From the NCBI RefSeq assembly GCF_001194135.2, contig NC_069001.1, forward strand, positions 37,183,872 through 37,223,527: 39,656 nucleotides of DNA, read 5' to 3'. Positions 29,640-39,656 of the stretch are shown here, piece after piece. The first letter of the stretch is position 1. The number at the start of each line of letters is the position of its first letter. Both the position numbers and the translations under genes were made by a program. Below the pieces are notes generated by a model, which saw nothing but the letters and a program-made list of their open reading frames with translations, searched no databases and had not been told where the DNA came from. The DNA comes from Octopus bimaculoides (Eukaryota).

Positions 29640-32600
29640 TTATGGTTTCTCTCCTGTATGAATTTGCTTATGAGTAGTTAAGCTACTTCCCTGAGAGAAT
29701 GATTTACCGCAGATATCACAGGCATATGGTTTCTCTCCAGTATGAATGCGTTTATGTGTTATCAAGTAACAACTTCGAGAGAATGATTTACCACAAATAT
29801 CACAGTGGTACGGCTTTTCTCCTGTATGAGTACGCATATGTTTAGCTAACTCACTACTTAGGGCAAATGATTTACCACATATATCACAGAGATATGGTTT
29901 CCCTCCAGTATGAATATATTTGTGAGTAGTTAAGTGACCCCTTCTAGAGAATGATTTACCACAGACGTCACAGTGATATGGTGTGTCACCTGTATGAATA
30001 AATTTGTGAGTAGTTAAGTCACTGCTTTGAGAGAATGATTTCCCGCAGATATCACAGTGATATGGTTTCTCTCCTGTATGAATGCGTTTGTGTACAGTTA
30101 ATTTACTCTTTGAAGTGAATGATTTACTACAAATATCACAAGGATATGGTTTCTCCCCTGTGTGCATACGTTTGTGTATGGTTAGGGCATTACTATGAGA
30201 GAATGATTTACCACAGATATCACAGTGATGTGGTTTCTCTCCTGTATGAATACGTTTATGTTTAGTTAAATCTCCTGTTCGAGAGAATGGTTTACCACAG
30301 ATATTACAATCATATGGTTTCTTCCCTGTATGAATATTTTTATGCATAGTTAAGATATGTTTACGAGTGAATGATTTACTACAAATATCACATTGAAATG
30401 GTTTCTCTCCAGTATGAATACGTATATGACTACTCAAGTCATTGCCTCCAGAGAAGGATTTACCACAGATGTCACAAGGATATGGTTTATCTCCTGTGTG
30501 AATATACTTGTGTCTTGTTAAACTACTACTTCTAGAAAATGATTTACTGCAGATATCACAGTGATATGGCTTCTCTCCTGTATGAATCCGCTTGTGTCTA
30601 CTTAAGTCGTTTCTATGAGAGAATGATTTACCACAAATAGCACATGAAAACGGTTTCTCCCCAGTATGAATGCGTTTATGAGAAATTAAGTAACTACTTC
30701 TATGAAATGATTTACCACAAATATCACATTGATATTTTTCTTGTTCTGTATGAGTATGGTTCTGAGTAGTTAAGGTTTCTGTTTGAGAGAATGATCTACC
30801 ACTGATATTACAGCTATATGGTATCTCTGTTGCATGAATATGCTTGTGATTATTTAAGACATTTCTATGAGAGAATGATTTACCACAGATATCGCAATGA
30901 TATGGCTTCTCTCCAGTATGAATTCGTTCATGTGTAGTTAAGACATCACTTCGAGCAAACTTGTCACCACAAACATCACAGCGATATGGCTTTTCACCTG
31001 TATGTATTCTTTTGTGAGTAGTTAAGTTACTCCTTCCAGAAAATGATTTACCACAAATATCACAGTGATATGGCTTCTCCCTTGTACGAGTACATATATG
31101 GGTAGTTAAGTTATGGTTTTCTAAAAATAATTTACCACAGATATCACAACAATATGGCTTCTCATACCTATGAATGACTTTGTGTATAGTTAAGGCATTT
31201 CTATCAGTGAATGATTTACTACAGTTATCACATGGATAATGCTTCTCTTCGGAATGAATATGTTTGTGACTAGTTAAGGTTCCTGCATGACAGAATGATT
31301 TACCACAGATGTCACATCTATATGACTTCTGTCCTGCATGAATACGTTTGTGTGAAGATAAGACATTTCGATGAGAGAATGATTTACCACAGATATCACA
31401 ATGATATGGCTTCTCCCCTGTATGTATTCGTTCATGTGTAGTTAAGACATCTCTACGGGAGAATGAATTTCCACAAATATCACAGCGATATGGCTTTTCA
31501 CCTGTATGTATTCTTTTGTGAGTAGTTAAGTTACTTCTTCCAGAAAATGATTTACCACAGATATCACAGTGGTATGGCTTTTCTCCTGTATGTGTACGTA
31601 TATGGGTAGTTAAGTTCCGACTTTCCAAAAAAAATTTACCACAGATATCACAATGATACAGCTTCTCATATCTATGTGTGCCTTTGTGTATAGTAAAAGC
31701 AGTTTTATCAGTGAATGATTTGCTACAAAGATCACATGAATATTGCTTTTCTCCTGCATGAATAAATTTGTGTTCAGTTAGGTTATCATCTCCAGAAAAT
31801 GATTTACCACAGATATCACAGTGGTATTGCTTCTCTCCTGTATGAATCTGTTTGTGTTTATTTAATGCATTTCTATCAGAGAAGGATTTACTGCAAATAG
31901 TACATGAATAAGGCTTCTCACCTGTATGAATACGTTTGTGAGTAGTTAATGTTCTTCTTTCAGAGAATGATTTACCACAGATATCACAGTGATATGGTTT
32001 CTCTCCTGTATGTGTACGTTTGTGAGTAATTAAGTGACTACTTCCAGAAAATGACTTACCACAGATATTACAGTGATATGGCTTCTCACCTGTATGAATG
32101 CGCTTGTGTTTATTTAAATCACTCCTTGTAAAGAATGATTTACCACAGATTTCACAGGGAAATGGTTTTTCTCCAGTATGAATGCGTTTATGCTTAGTTA
32201 AGTCTTGATTTCGAGAAAATGATTTACCACAGAAACTACAAGAATATGGTCTTAGTCCCGTATGTATGCTTTTGTGAAAAGTTAAGTGAATTCTTTGAGA
32301 GAATGATTTCCCACAGATTTCACAGTGATAAGGTTTTTCTCCTGTATGAACAATTTTGTGTGTAGTTAAGTGAGCTAGTGCAGAGAATGGTTTACCACAG
32401 ATTTCACAGTGGTATGGTTTTTCTCTTGTATGAACAATCTTGTGTGTAGTTAAGTGAGCTATTGCAGAGAATGATTTTCCACAGACATCACAAGAATATG
32501 GCTTCTCACCTGTATGAATGCTTTTATGTAAAGTTAGATGAATTCTTTGAGAGAAAGATTTACCACAGATATCGCAATATGGTTTCTCACCTGTATGAAT

Positions 32601-33077
32601 GCTTTTATGTATAGTTAAATTATTTCTTTGAGAGAAAGATTTACCACAGATATCACAGTGATATGGCCTTTCCCCTGTATGAGTCCGTTTGTGTACAGTT
32701 AGGGCACTATTTTGAGAGAATGATTTACCACAGATATCACAGTGATATGGCTTTTCTCCAGTATGTATGCGTTTGTGTGTAGTGAGAGCATTTTTGTTAG
32801 AGAATGATTTACCACAGATATCACAATGTGGTTTGTTTTCTGCATGAATAGAACTGTGAGCTGTTTTAGGACTTGTTTCAGAGATTGATATACCAATAAT
32901 ACTACTGTGTGTAGAGGTTTTTTCTGTCTCTTGCTGCAATTCATTATGAAAACCAATCCTTTCAGACTCTGTTTTAATCTTAACTGATGTCTCATATAAT
33001 TCATTTTTAATTATAATTGGTGTCTTGCATAATTCATTTTCAATTTTAATTGGTGTTTCATAGAATTCTTTTTCCAT
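29640..33077 (-). CDS. C2H2 zinc-finger array protein D (38 units, 2 degenerate; 1145 aa)
   Basis: Uninterrupted gap-free ORF. Units 21 (HICTR) and 25 (CNISG..QNHTH) lack zinc ligands. Confidence 0.97.
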   Translation of the reverse strand: MEKEFYETPIKIENELCKTPIIIKNELYETSVKIKTESERIGFHNELQQETEKTSTHSSIIGISISETSPKTAHSSIHAENKPHCDICGKSFSNKNALTTHKRIHTGEKPYHCDICGKSFSQNSALTVHKRTHTGERPYHCDICGKSFSQRNNLTIHKSIHTGEKPYCDICGKSFSQRIHLTLHKSIHTGEKPYSCDVCGKSFSAIAHLTTHKIVHTREKPYHCEICGKPFSALAHLTTHKIVHTGEKPYHCEICGKSFSQRIHLTFHKSIHTGLRPYSCSFCGKSFSRNQDLTKHKRIHTGEKPFPCEICGKSFFTRSDLNKHKRIHTGEKPYHCNICGKSFSGSSHLITHKRTHTGEKPYHCDICGKSFSERRTLTTHKRIHTGEKPYSCTICSKSFSDRNALNKHKQIHTGEKQYHCDICGKSFSGDDNLTEHKFIHAGEKQYSCDLCSKSFTDKTAFTIHKGTHRYEKLYHCDICGKFFLESRNLTTHIRTHTGEKPYHCDICGKSFSGRSNLTTHKRIHTGEKPYRCDICGNSFSRRDVLTTHERIHTGEKPYHCDICGKSFSHRNVLSSHKRIHAGQKSYRCDICGKSFCHAGTLTSHKHIHSEEKHYPCDNCSKSFTDRNALTIHKVIHRYEKPYCCDICGKLFLENHNLTTHICTRTREKPYHCDICGKSFSGRSNLTTHKRIHTGEKPYRCDVCGDKFARSDVLTTHERIHTGEKPYHCDICGKSFSHRNVLNNHKHIHATEIPYSCNISGRSFSQTETLTTQNHTHTEQEKYQCDICGKSFHRSSYLISHKRIHTGEKPFSCAICGKSFSHRNDLSRHKRIHTGEKPYHCDICSKSFSRSSSLTRHKYIHTGDKPYPCDICGKSFSGGNDLSSHIRIHTGEKPFQCDICSKSFTRKHILTMHKNIHTGKKPYDCNICGKPFSRTGDLTKHKRIHTGEKPHHCDICGKSFSHSNALTIHKRMHTGEKPYPCDICSKSFTSKSKLTVHKRIHTGEKPYHCDICGKSFSQSSDLTTHKFIHTGDTPYHCDVCGKSFSRRGHLTTHKYIHTGGKPYLCDICGKSFALSSELAKHMRTHTGEKPYHCDICGKSFSRSCYLITHKRIHTGEKPYACDICGKSFSQGSSLTTHKQIHTGEKP

Positions 33078-33854
33078 AATTCTTTTCCTCTCACCAATTC
33101 TTATATTTTATTCTTAACTGTTTCTTCGATATTTCCACCAACTTTGATCTTTGTTTATACCTGAAGACGTTTCGCACTTTGTTCACTTCTCCAAGTACAG
33201 CGAAAATGCAAATCTCTGTATATATTCTAAGCTACTAATCTCACTTTGGAAAATACATTTCCCAGATATTCCAACACAGATTTATCCAAACAGAACCATA
33301 TTAATTTGGTATCACAACTTCCTTCAGTCTTTAAATGATAAATAAATATTGGTGATGCATCTAAACAAATTCTTTCAGACCAATGACTTTTGATAATCTG
33401 TAATATAGAAATAGTATAAGATACACAAGTTACTTGAATGTAGAGATTCACCAACATAAAATATTGATATATTGTAAATACAATCTTTTACATGATCCAA
33501 TTAATATTTACTTTTTAATTTTCTATTAAAATTACATCATACAACCCTGTGTGAAGTCTATAGATTATGGATCTTTTGTTTGGCTTTCACTTTTCAATTT
33601 ATTCAAGTTTGTTCCAACAAATTTCAATTTGGTGTATTGATGTAGTTTTGTCTGCTAATTATGGAAATGAAATTCAGTCTTGCAATTAATTAATAAATAA
33701 ATAAGAAGTTAATAGCTTTTAAAGTTTGCAAATTTTGGGTTAATTTTTTATCAATCGTAGACTACAGACAGATTGATGCCTGTTTCAATAATAACAAGCC
33801 AGGCTGTTGTCTTCTTAATACTACAACAATCACTACATAACTATATTCTTTTAT

Positions 33855-34218
33855 GTTTCAGTCATTTTTTTGACTGCAGCTATGCTGGAGCACCGCTTTT
33901 AGTCGAACAAATCGACCCCAGGACTTATTCTCTGTAAGCCTAGTACTTATTCTATCGGTCTTTTTGCCAAACTGCTAAGTTGAGAGGACATAAACACACC
34001 CGCATCGGTTGTCAAGTGGTGGTGGGGGAAACACACACACACACACACACACATATATATGATGGGCTTCATTCAGTTACCGCCTACCAAATCCACTCAG
34101 AACGCTCTGGTCGGCCTGAGGCTATAGTAGAAGACACTTGCCCAAGGTGCCATGCAGTGGGACTGAACCTGGAACCATGTGGTTGATAAGTAAGCTACTT
34201 ACCACATAGCCACTCCTG
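33855..34218 (-). mobile_element. near full-length tRNA-derived SINE
   Basis: Minus strand starts caggagtggctatgtggtaag (A-box-like) ... ggttcagtcc (B-box-like), then ccttgggcaagtg, an internal (TG)n, and an AT-rich tail. Confidence 0.85.
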
Positions 34219-34429
34219 AATTTTCAGTACAAAAATGTATTAATGTTTTTTTTTCTCTAAGTTTCTTGTATTGATGTAATCTTTTATGCTGAATCTGATT
34301 TTGTTATTCACTTGTTTTAGAAAAATTTCAGATAAATGTTCACTAAATATATGTTACTAATTAATTGTCTACATGACATACTGGGTTGCTTTCCATTGTT
34401 TTTGTTTTTTCTGCAATTTAAAGTACAGT

Positions 34430-35380
34430 CTGTACGCGTTTTTTTTTTTCATATTCGTTTACGGCAAGTTGTTTTACACCTATTACACTATTTTTCTTTT
34501 GTTTCCGGGCTCTGGTGAGGCGACTCGTAACATTCACATTGTCAATGTTCCGAGTCCTCTCCCCNNNNNNNNNNNNNNNNNNNNNNNNNNNNNNNNNNNN
34601 NNNNNNNNNNNNNNNNNNNNNNNNNNNNNNNNNNNNNNNNNNNNNNNNNNNNNNNNNNNNNNNNNNNNNNNNNNNNNNNNNNNNNNNNNNNNNNNNNNNN
34701 NNNNNNNNNNNNNNNNNNNNNNNNNNNNNNNNNNNNNNNNNNNNNNNNNNNNNNNNNNNNNNNNNNNNNNNNNNNNNNNNNNNNNNNNNNNNNNNNNNNN
34801 NNNNNNNNNNNNNNNNNNNNNNNNNNNNNNNNNNNNNNNNNNNNNNNNNNNNNNNNNNNNNNNNNNNNNNNNNNNNNNNNNNNNNNNNNNNNNTTTTTTT
34901 TTTTCATATTCGTTTACGGCAAGTTGTTTTACACCTATTACACTATTTTTCTTTTGTTTTTGTGCTCGGGTCAAACGCTTTAGTTTAACCCCTTTTTTTT
35001 CCGAACAAAAATAAGGGGCTTACTACACATTAGGCATCCGTAATGCATGTCGTTTGAAAGTTTCCTGAAAGTTAAGGGCGAAAACCTCGGATCTTGTGAA
35101 TTTTCCGAAGTCCTCTCCCTACCCCCTCGGAAAAGATTTTACCAACAAATTTCTCTATAACTGTAATGTATGTCGTTTGAAAGGTATTTATATAAAATTC
35201 ATTAAAAAAAAAAAACCATTTTCCTAAAAGTTATGAGGGAAAAACTCGGATCTTGTGAATTTTTCGAAGTCCTCTCCTCATCTCATTGCTTTCCGCGCAT
35301 TTTTGTTTTCATATTTGTTTCCTACAAATTGTTTTGCACCCGTTGCACTACATTTTTAAAAATTTCGTTTCCGGGTAATA
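34430..35380. repeat. tandemly repeated modules, probably a non-autonomous DNA transposon interior
   Basis: ttttcatattcgtttacggcaagttgttttacacctattacac occurs at ~34441 and ~34895, with a diverged copy at ~35300. ctcggatcttgtgaatttt(c/t)cgaagtcctctcc occurs twice (about 35088 and 35246). Confidence 0.55.
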
Positions 35381-35823
35381 TTGTAAACATTAATCGAAAA
35401 TAGTACAAATTATTTAAATCGGAAGATAAGTTAACAGCAACAACACCAAAAATAAATGTTAACTGAATTAAAATATCCCCTAAATTATAACAAAGTGAAT
35501 ACTACATAGTAACAAAACAAAACCAAAACATCACAGACCATTATAGTAAGAGGTCGAGAAACCTCGATTGAATGAAGAAAACATGAAAGATACCTCGTAT
35601 AAATCAGTTATTACGAATCAGTTGTGGTGGTCATTGATAGGTAGATAATGGAGTTGACCAATAGAGAAGTTTTACCGTTATTTATATATCTGAGTGTGTG
35701 TGTATGAATATATGATAGTTAAATATTCCTTTTTCTTTTTCGATAATTATTTCAAACTAATATATTATTCTTAAGACTTTATTCGATTGAAATATCGACT
35801 GTCTTTGACAATGGCAGGCTGAA

Positions 35824-35838
35824 GTCGGAGCATGCGCA
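35824..35838 (-). promoter_or_regulatory. NRF1-like promoter motif, gene D (ETS-like half eroded)
   Basis: gtcggagcatgcgca preceded by caatggcag, as in gene A. Confidence 0.55.
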
Positions 35839-36338
35839 TAGAGACGTGTTCGTTAGCAAATGTCCTGAAACACCTTCACGTAAACATATATGTAAACATG
35901 CATATATATACACACACGTATATAGATTTGCATTCCATAATAATGTCAGCCATTTTACTGGAACACGTGAATATTTTATAAAGCTGAAAATGCTAATTAC
36001 CTTTCTGTGTTAATTTTGATTATTATTTTAATAATCACACGCAAAACACAAATATATAAATACATATACACGTTGTTTCCTTAGTGATGATAGCACTCAC
36101 AAGGGAGGTAATCATTTCTTCATAATATTGAGATGGAATAAGGTATTTGGAGTTTAATTTTGAGATAGAAGATTTCGAGGAAAAAGATCCGTCGAATGCG
36201 TACACTTTTCTTCTTTCCATATTACAAAATTTACAGTTAAGCGGAGGTAAAGATCATGGACAGTACCTCCTTTGCGACTCTTTTGGTTTTTCTTTTTTTT
36301 ACAGGAACACACTATATGGAGGGCCAAAAAAAATCTGC

Positions 36339-36747
36339 ATTTCAAGATTTAAATCCACCCCTTTTAACCCCTCAGCGATAAATTTCTTACATTTTCACTG
36401 AAATTTAAAAAAAAATTTTTTTGCGAAATACGTAGCAAAATACGGAGATTGTGATTCTGAAAAATAAAATAAATACTCCCACCTCTCCGCCCTATGACAA
36501 GATTTGAAATCAAGGTGTTTTCTCTACTAATGTTTCATAACGAACATAACGCAACATGTGGTTGAGGGTTTTGGGAATTAAGTGAGGTATGGAAAAATGA
36601 GATTTTTTGCGCGCACTCACAACAAAATGACATTAAAAATTTTTTTTTGTCTCTTTTGGTAATTCGTATTTAGAAAGTTGATCCTCTGTTTGGTTGTTGT
36701 TTCTAGCTTGTCAGATTTCCGGTTGGGGCGGATTTAAATTTTGAAAT
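36339..36747. mobile_element. inverted-repeat-bounded element (MITE-like)
   Basis: atttcaagatttaaatccacccc (36339-36361) vs ggggcggatttaaattttgaaat (36725-36747): 21/23 complementary. Confidence 0.5.
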
Positions 36748-36797
36748 TTTTTTCTTCTTTGGTAATTCGTATTAGAATTTTGAAAACGCGTTTCTGG

Positions 36798-36948
36798 CTA
36801 TCTTTCGATTTGATGTAAAGAAACGTGGGTTTTGTTTACATCTAATCCGCCTGTTAGAGTTAGGTTTAGGGTTAGGGTAAGCCGATTAGATGTAAACAAA
36901 ACCCATGTGCTTTTACTTGACGTTTCTTCACATCAAATCGAAAGATAG
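36798..36948. mobile_element. fold-back MITE with TTAGGG-like loop
   Basis: Arms ctatctttcgatttgatgtaaagaaacgt..gggttttgtttacatctaatc / gattagatgtaaacaaaaccc..acgtttcttcacatcaaatcgaaagatag; loop gttagagttaggtttagggttagggt; TA near both ends. Confidence 0.75.
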
Positions 36949-36955
36949 ACACTTG

Positions 36956-37146
36956 GGCTATGACCCTCTCTCTGTAACTTTCTTCACCTGATCCTATAAT
37001 TTGATACCCCTATAGTTATTTCTATCTAAAGCATCACGGAAGGTCATTTCAAGGCTATGACCCTCTCTGTAACTTTCTTCACCTGATCAAATAATTTGAT
37101 ACCCCTAGAGTTATTTCTACCTAAATCACCCGGGAGATCATTTTAA
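36956..37146. repeat. ~97-bp tandem repeat, 2 copies
   Basis: ggctatgaccctctc(tc)tgtaactttcttcacctgatc...aatttgatacccct starts at 36956 and 37053. Confidence 0.85.
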
Positions 37147-37295
37147 GGGGTAGAACAAACAAGGAAGAATTATTTTAGAGAAAAGTACGAAATATGTATA
37201 GCCAAGAAACAAGGTTAGTCATTGTAAGGTTGGAACAAACAAGAAACAATTATTTTAGAGAATAGATGAGTTTCAACGAATTGAAATAAAAACCC

Positions 37296-38739
37296 CTTCA
37301 GGTAGATGGCCCTGCTCGATCTGTAGAAAAGGCGTAGGTAGCAACTCTATAAGATGTACCCAGTGTAAGCTATAACACTTAAGAAGTGCAGCAATATCAA
37401 AGGAAGGCTAACTAGGAAGTTAGTTTTTGTATGTGGCAGATGTTCAGGAGCAATAAACACTGAAAATGTGGAGAAAACAACTTCTGCCACATTCCAGGAA
37501 GAAACACTAGACGTAGTTGATAGCTTCTGTTATCTAGGTGACCAAGTTAGCAGTAGGGGAGCGTGCGCTGAAAGTGTAGCTGCTAGAAGAAGAATAGCCT
37601 GGGCAAAGTTCAGAGTGCTCTCACTTCTGCTGGTGACAAAGGGCCTCTCGCTCAGAGTAAAAGGGAGAGTGTATGACACATGTGTACAAACAGCCATGGT
37701 GCATGGCAGTGAAACATGTGCTGTGACTGACGAGGACATGCGTAGGCTCGCAAGGAATGATGCCAGTATGCTCCGATGGATGTGTAATGACAGTGTGCAT
37801 ACTCGGCAGAGTGTAAGTACCTTGGGAGAAGAAGCATCAGTTGCCGTGTTCAACAGAGACGATTATGCTAGTTGGGTCATGTGGCAAGAATGGATGAGGA
37901 TAGCTGTGTGAAAATGTGCCACACACTAGCGGTTGAGGGAACCTGTGGAAGAGGTAGACCCAGGAAGAACTGGGATGAGGTGTTGAAGCATGACCTTCAA
38001 ACATTAGGCCTCACCGAGGCAATGTCTTATGAGCAAGACCTTTGGAAATATGATGTGTGTGAGAAGACCTGGCAAGCCACCTTAGACCATAATCCGAGGC
38101 CTCTGCCAGAAGTGTAGCCAGCCAACTTGTTCGTACCTTTCCTTCATGGGAGACTAAACTCGGCTTGCGAAAACCTGTTTGGGCAAGTGAATTCAAAATC
38201 GTGTTGTCACCTGTACCAGTGGTGCGCTAANNNNNNNNNNCGAAAACCTGTTTGGGCAAGTGAATTCAAAATCGTGTTGTCACCTGTACCAGTGGTGCGC
38301 TAAGAGCACTGTCCGAGCGTGATCATTGCCAGAGCAGCTGTCTGGCTTCCGTGCCAGTGGCACGTAAATAGCAACATTTGAGCGTCATTGTAACCAGCGT
38401 CGCCAAACTGGCACGTGTGCCGGTTGCAAGTGAAAGAAACATTCGAGCGAGTTCGTTGCCAGTGCCGCATGATTGGCTCCTGTGCAGGTGGCATGTAGAA
38501 TACACCATTTTGAGTATGGCCATTCCCAGTACCACCTGACTGGCCTTCGTGCCGTTGCCACGTAAAAGCACCCACTACACTCTCGGAGTGGTTGGCATTA
38601 GAAAGGGCATCCAGCTGTAGAAACACTGCCAAATCAGATTGGATCCTTGTGTAGCCATCTGGTTCGCCAGTCCTCAGTCAAATCGTCCTACCCATGCTAG
38701 CATGGAAGGCGGATGTTAAACGATGATGATGATGATGAT
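37296..38739 (+). mobile_element. 5'-truncated RTE-clade LINE (Cys-rich insert, late RT region, 3' UTR, (GAT)n tail)
   Basis: WPCSICRKGVGSNSIRCTQC; LDVVDSFCYLGDQVS..AWAKFR..HGSET..RMLRWMC-like; GHVARMDEDSCVK..GRGRPRKNW; tail gatgatgat at 38722-38739. Contains stops and frameshifts. Confidence 0.88.
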
Positions 38740-38856
38740 ATATATATATAGACAAATATATAAATATACACACANNNNNNNNNNNNNNNNNNNNNNNNNN
38801 NNNNNNNNNNNNNNNNNNNNNNNNNNNNNNNNNNNNNNNNNNNNNNNNNNNNNNNN

Positions 38857-39247
38857 TAGGTGTTTTTTACGTGCCACTGGCACAGAAGCCAGTCAGGGAG
38901 CACTGGCCACAGCTACGATATTAGCTTTACTTGACTCAACAGGTCTTCTTAAGCATATCATATTGCACCATAAATCAGGTCTACTCTCAGCTGGGCCAGA
39001 CATGTGTGGCTGTGATCTCACTTTAGTTGCTGGATCTTCTCAATCAAAGCACATCTCCAAAGGTCTCAGTCTCCTGTCACTGCATGTGTGAGGTCTAAAG
39101 TTCGAAGGTCATGCTTCACCACCTTATTCCATGTCATCCTGCGTCTACCTATTCTACGTGTTCCTTCCACAATTATGGAGTGGCACTTCCTCACGCAACT
39201 GTCCTCCTCCATACGTAACACATGATCATACCAGCATAGTTGTCTCT
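38857..39247 (-). mobile_element. RTE 3' fragment, minus strand
   Basis: Minus translation RLCWYDHVLRMEEDSCVRKCHSIIVEGTRRIGRRRMTW. Confidence 0.7.
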
Positions 39248-39407
39248 ATAGCACACCACATTTCATGCGCTAGTATGGTCATGTGGCAAGAATGGATGAG
39301 GATAGCTGNNNNNNNNNNAGTGGCACTTCCTCACGCAACTGTCCTCCTCCATACGTAACACATGATCATACCAGCATAGTTGTCTCTATAGCACACCACA
39401 TTTCATG

Positions 39408-39656
39408 CGCTAGTATGGTCATGTGGCAAGAATGGATGAGGATAGCTGTGTGAAAAAGTGCCACATCCTACCGGTTCTGGGAACCTGTGGAAGAGGTAGA
39501 CCCAGGAAGAACTGGGATGAGGTGGTGAAGCACAACCTTCAAACATTAGACCTCACCGAGGCAATGTCTTGTGACCGAGACCTTTGGAAATATGATGTGC
39601 GTGAGAAGACCTGGCAAGCCACGTCAGACCATAATCTGAAGCCTCTGCCAGGAGTA
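39408..39656 (+). mobile_element. RTE 3' fragment, plus strand (continues beyond window)
   Basis: GHVARMDEDSCVKKCH..GTCGRGRPRKNWDEVVKH; highly similar to 37872-38113. Confidence 0.8.

Larger units (their letters stand above)
33398..35593 (-). other. predicted 5'-UTR intron of ZNF gene D
   Basis: Donor GAG|GTATCT at 35593, acceptor ttatactatttctatattaCAG| at 33398. Confidence 0.62.

Noticed and set aside
32699-33004. Alternative-frame and antisense ORFs over ZNF exons (also 12243-12455, 22393-22641, 1637-1873)
   Set aside because: Shadow frames produced by the repetitive finger code; no independent coding signal.
33160-33200. Hammerhead-like cgaaacgtc on minus in gene D 5' UTR (also weak motifs at ~27590-27610 and ~15925)
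   Set aside because: The CUGAnGA box or helices are not recoverable; too degenerate to support.
38169-38303. ~62-bp tandem duplication around a 10-N gap
   Set aside because: Exact copies abutting a gap: assembly artefact.
39179-39448. 130-bp direct repeat around a 10-N gap
   Set aside because: Exact copies abutting a gap: assembly artefact.

Overview
Eukaryotic, AT-rich genomic DNA with N-gaps. It holds a head-to-tail cluster of four paralogous C2H2 zinc-finger genes on the minus strand: A 1815-<1 (at least 19 finger units, runs off the window), B 13840-11686 (24), C 23509-20559 (30) and D 33077-29640 (38). Each gene has one long coding exon, a conserved upstream intron and a conserved ETS/NRF1-like promoter motif, repeated every ~10-11 kb. 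The gene style and the SINE/RTE repeats suggest an octopus-type cephalopod genome (inference, not verified). ORFs B and C look frameshifted only because identical sequence flanks a gap; collapsing it restores single frames (703 and 922 aa). Spacers contain RTE LINE pieces, tRNA-derived SINEs, a Merlin deletion derivative, a Tc1 fragment, fold-back MITEs (two with TTAGGG loops) and hammerhead-like motifs. The most notable observation is the KRAB-less N-terminus. It is a copy-variable 11-aa repeat with a psi-K-x-E SUMO consensus at every unit end, followed in three genes by an in-register dead finger containing a SIM-like hydrophobic core: a candidate SUMO/SIM effector module.
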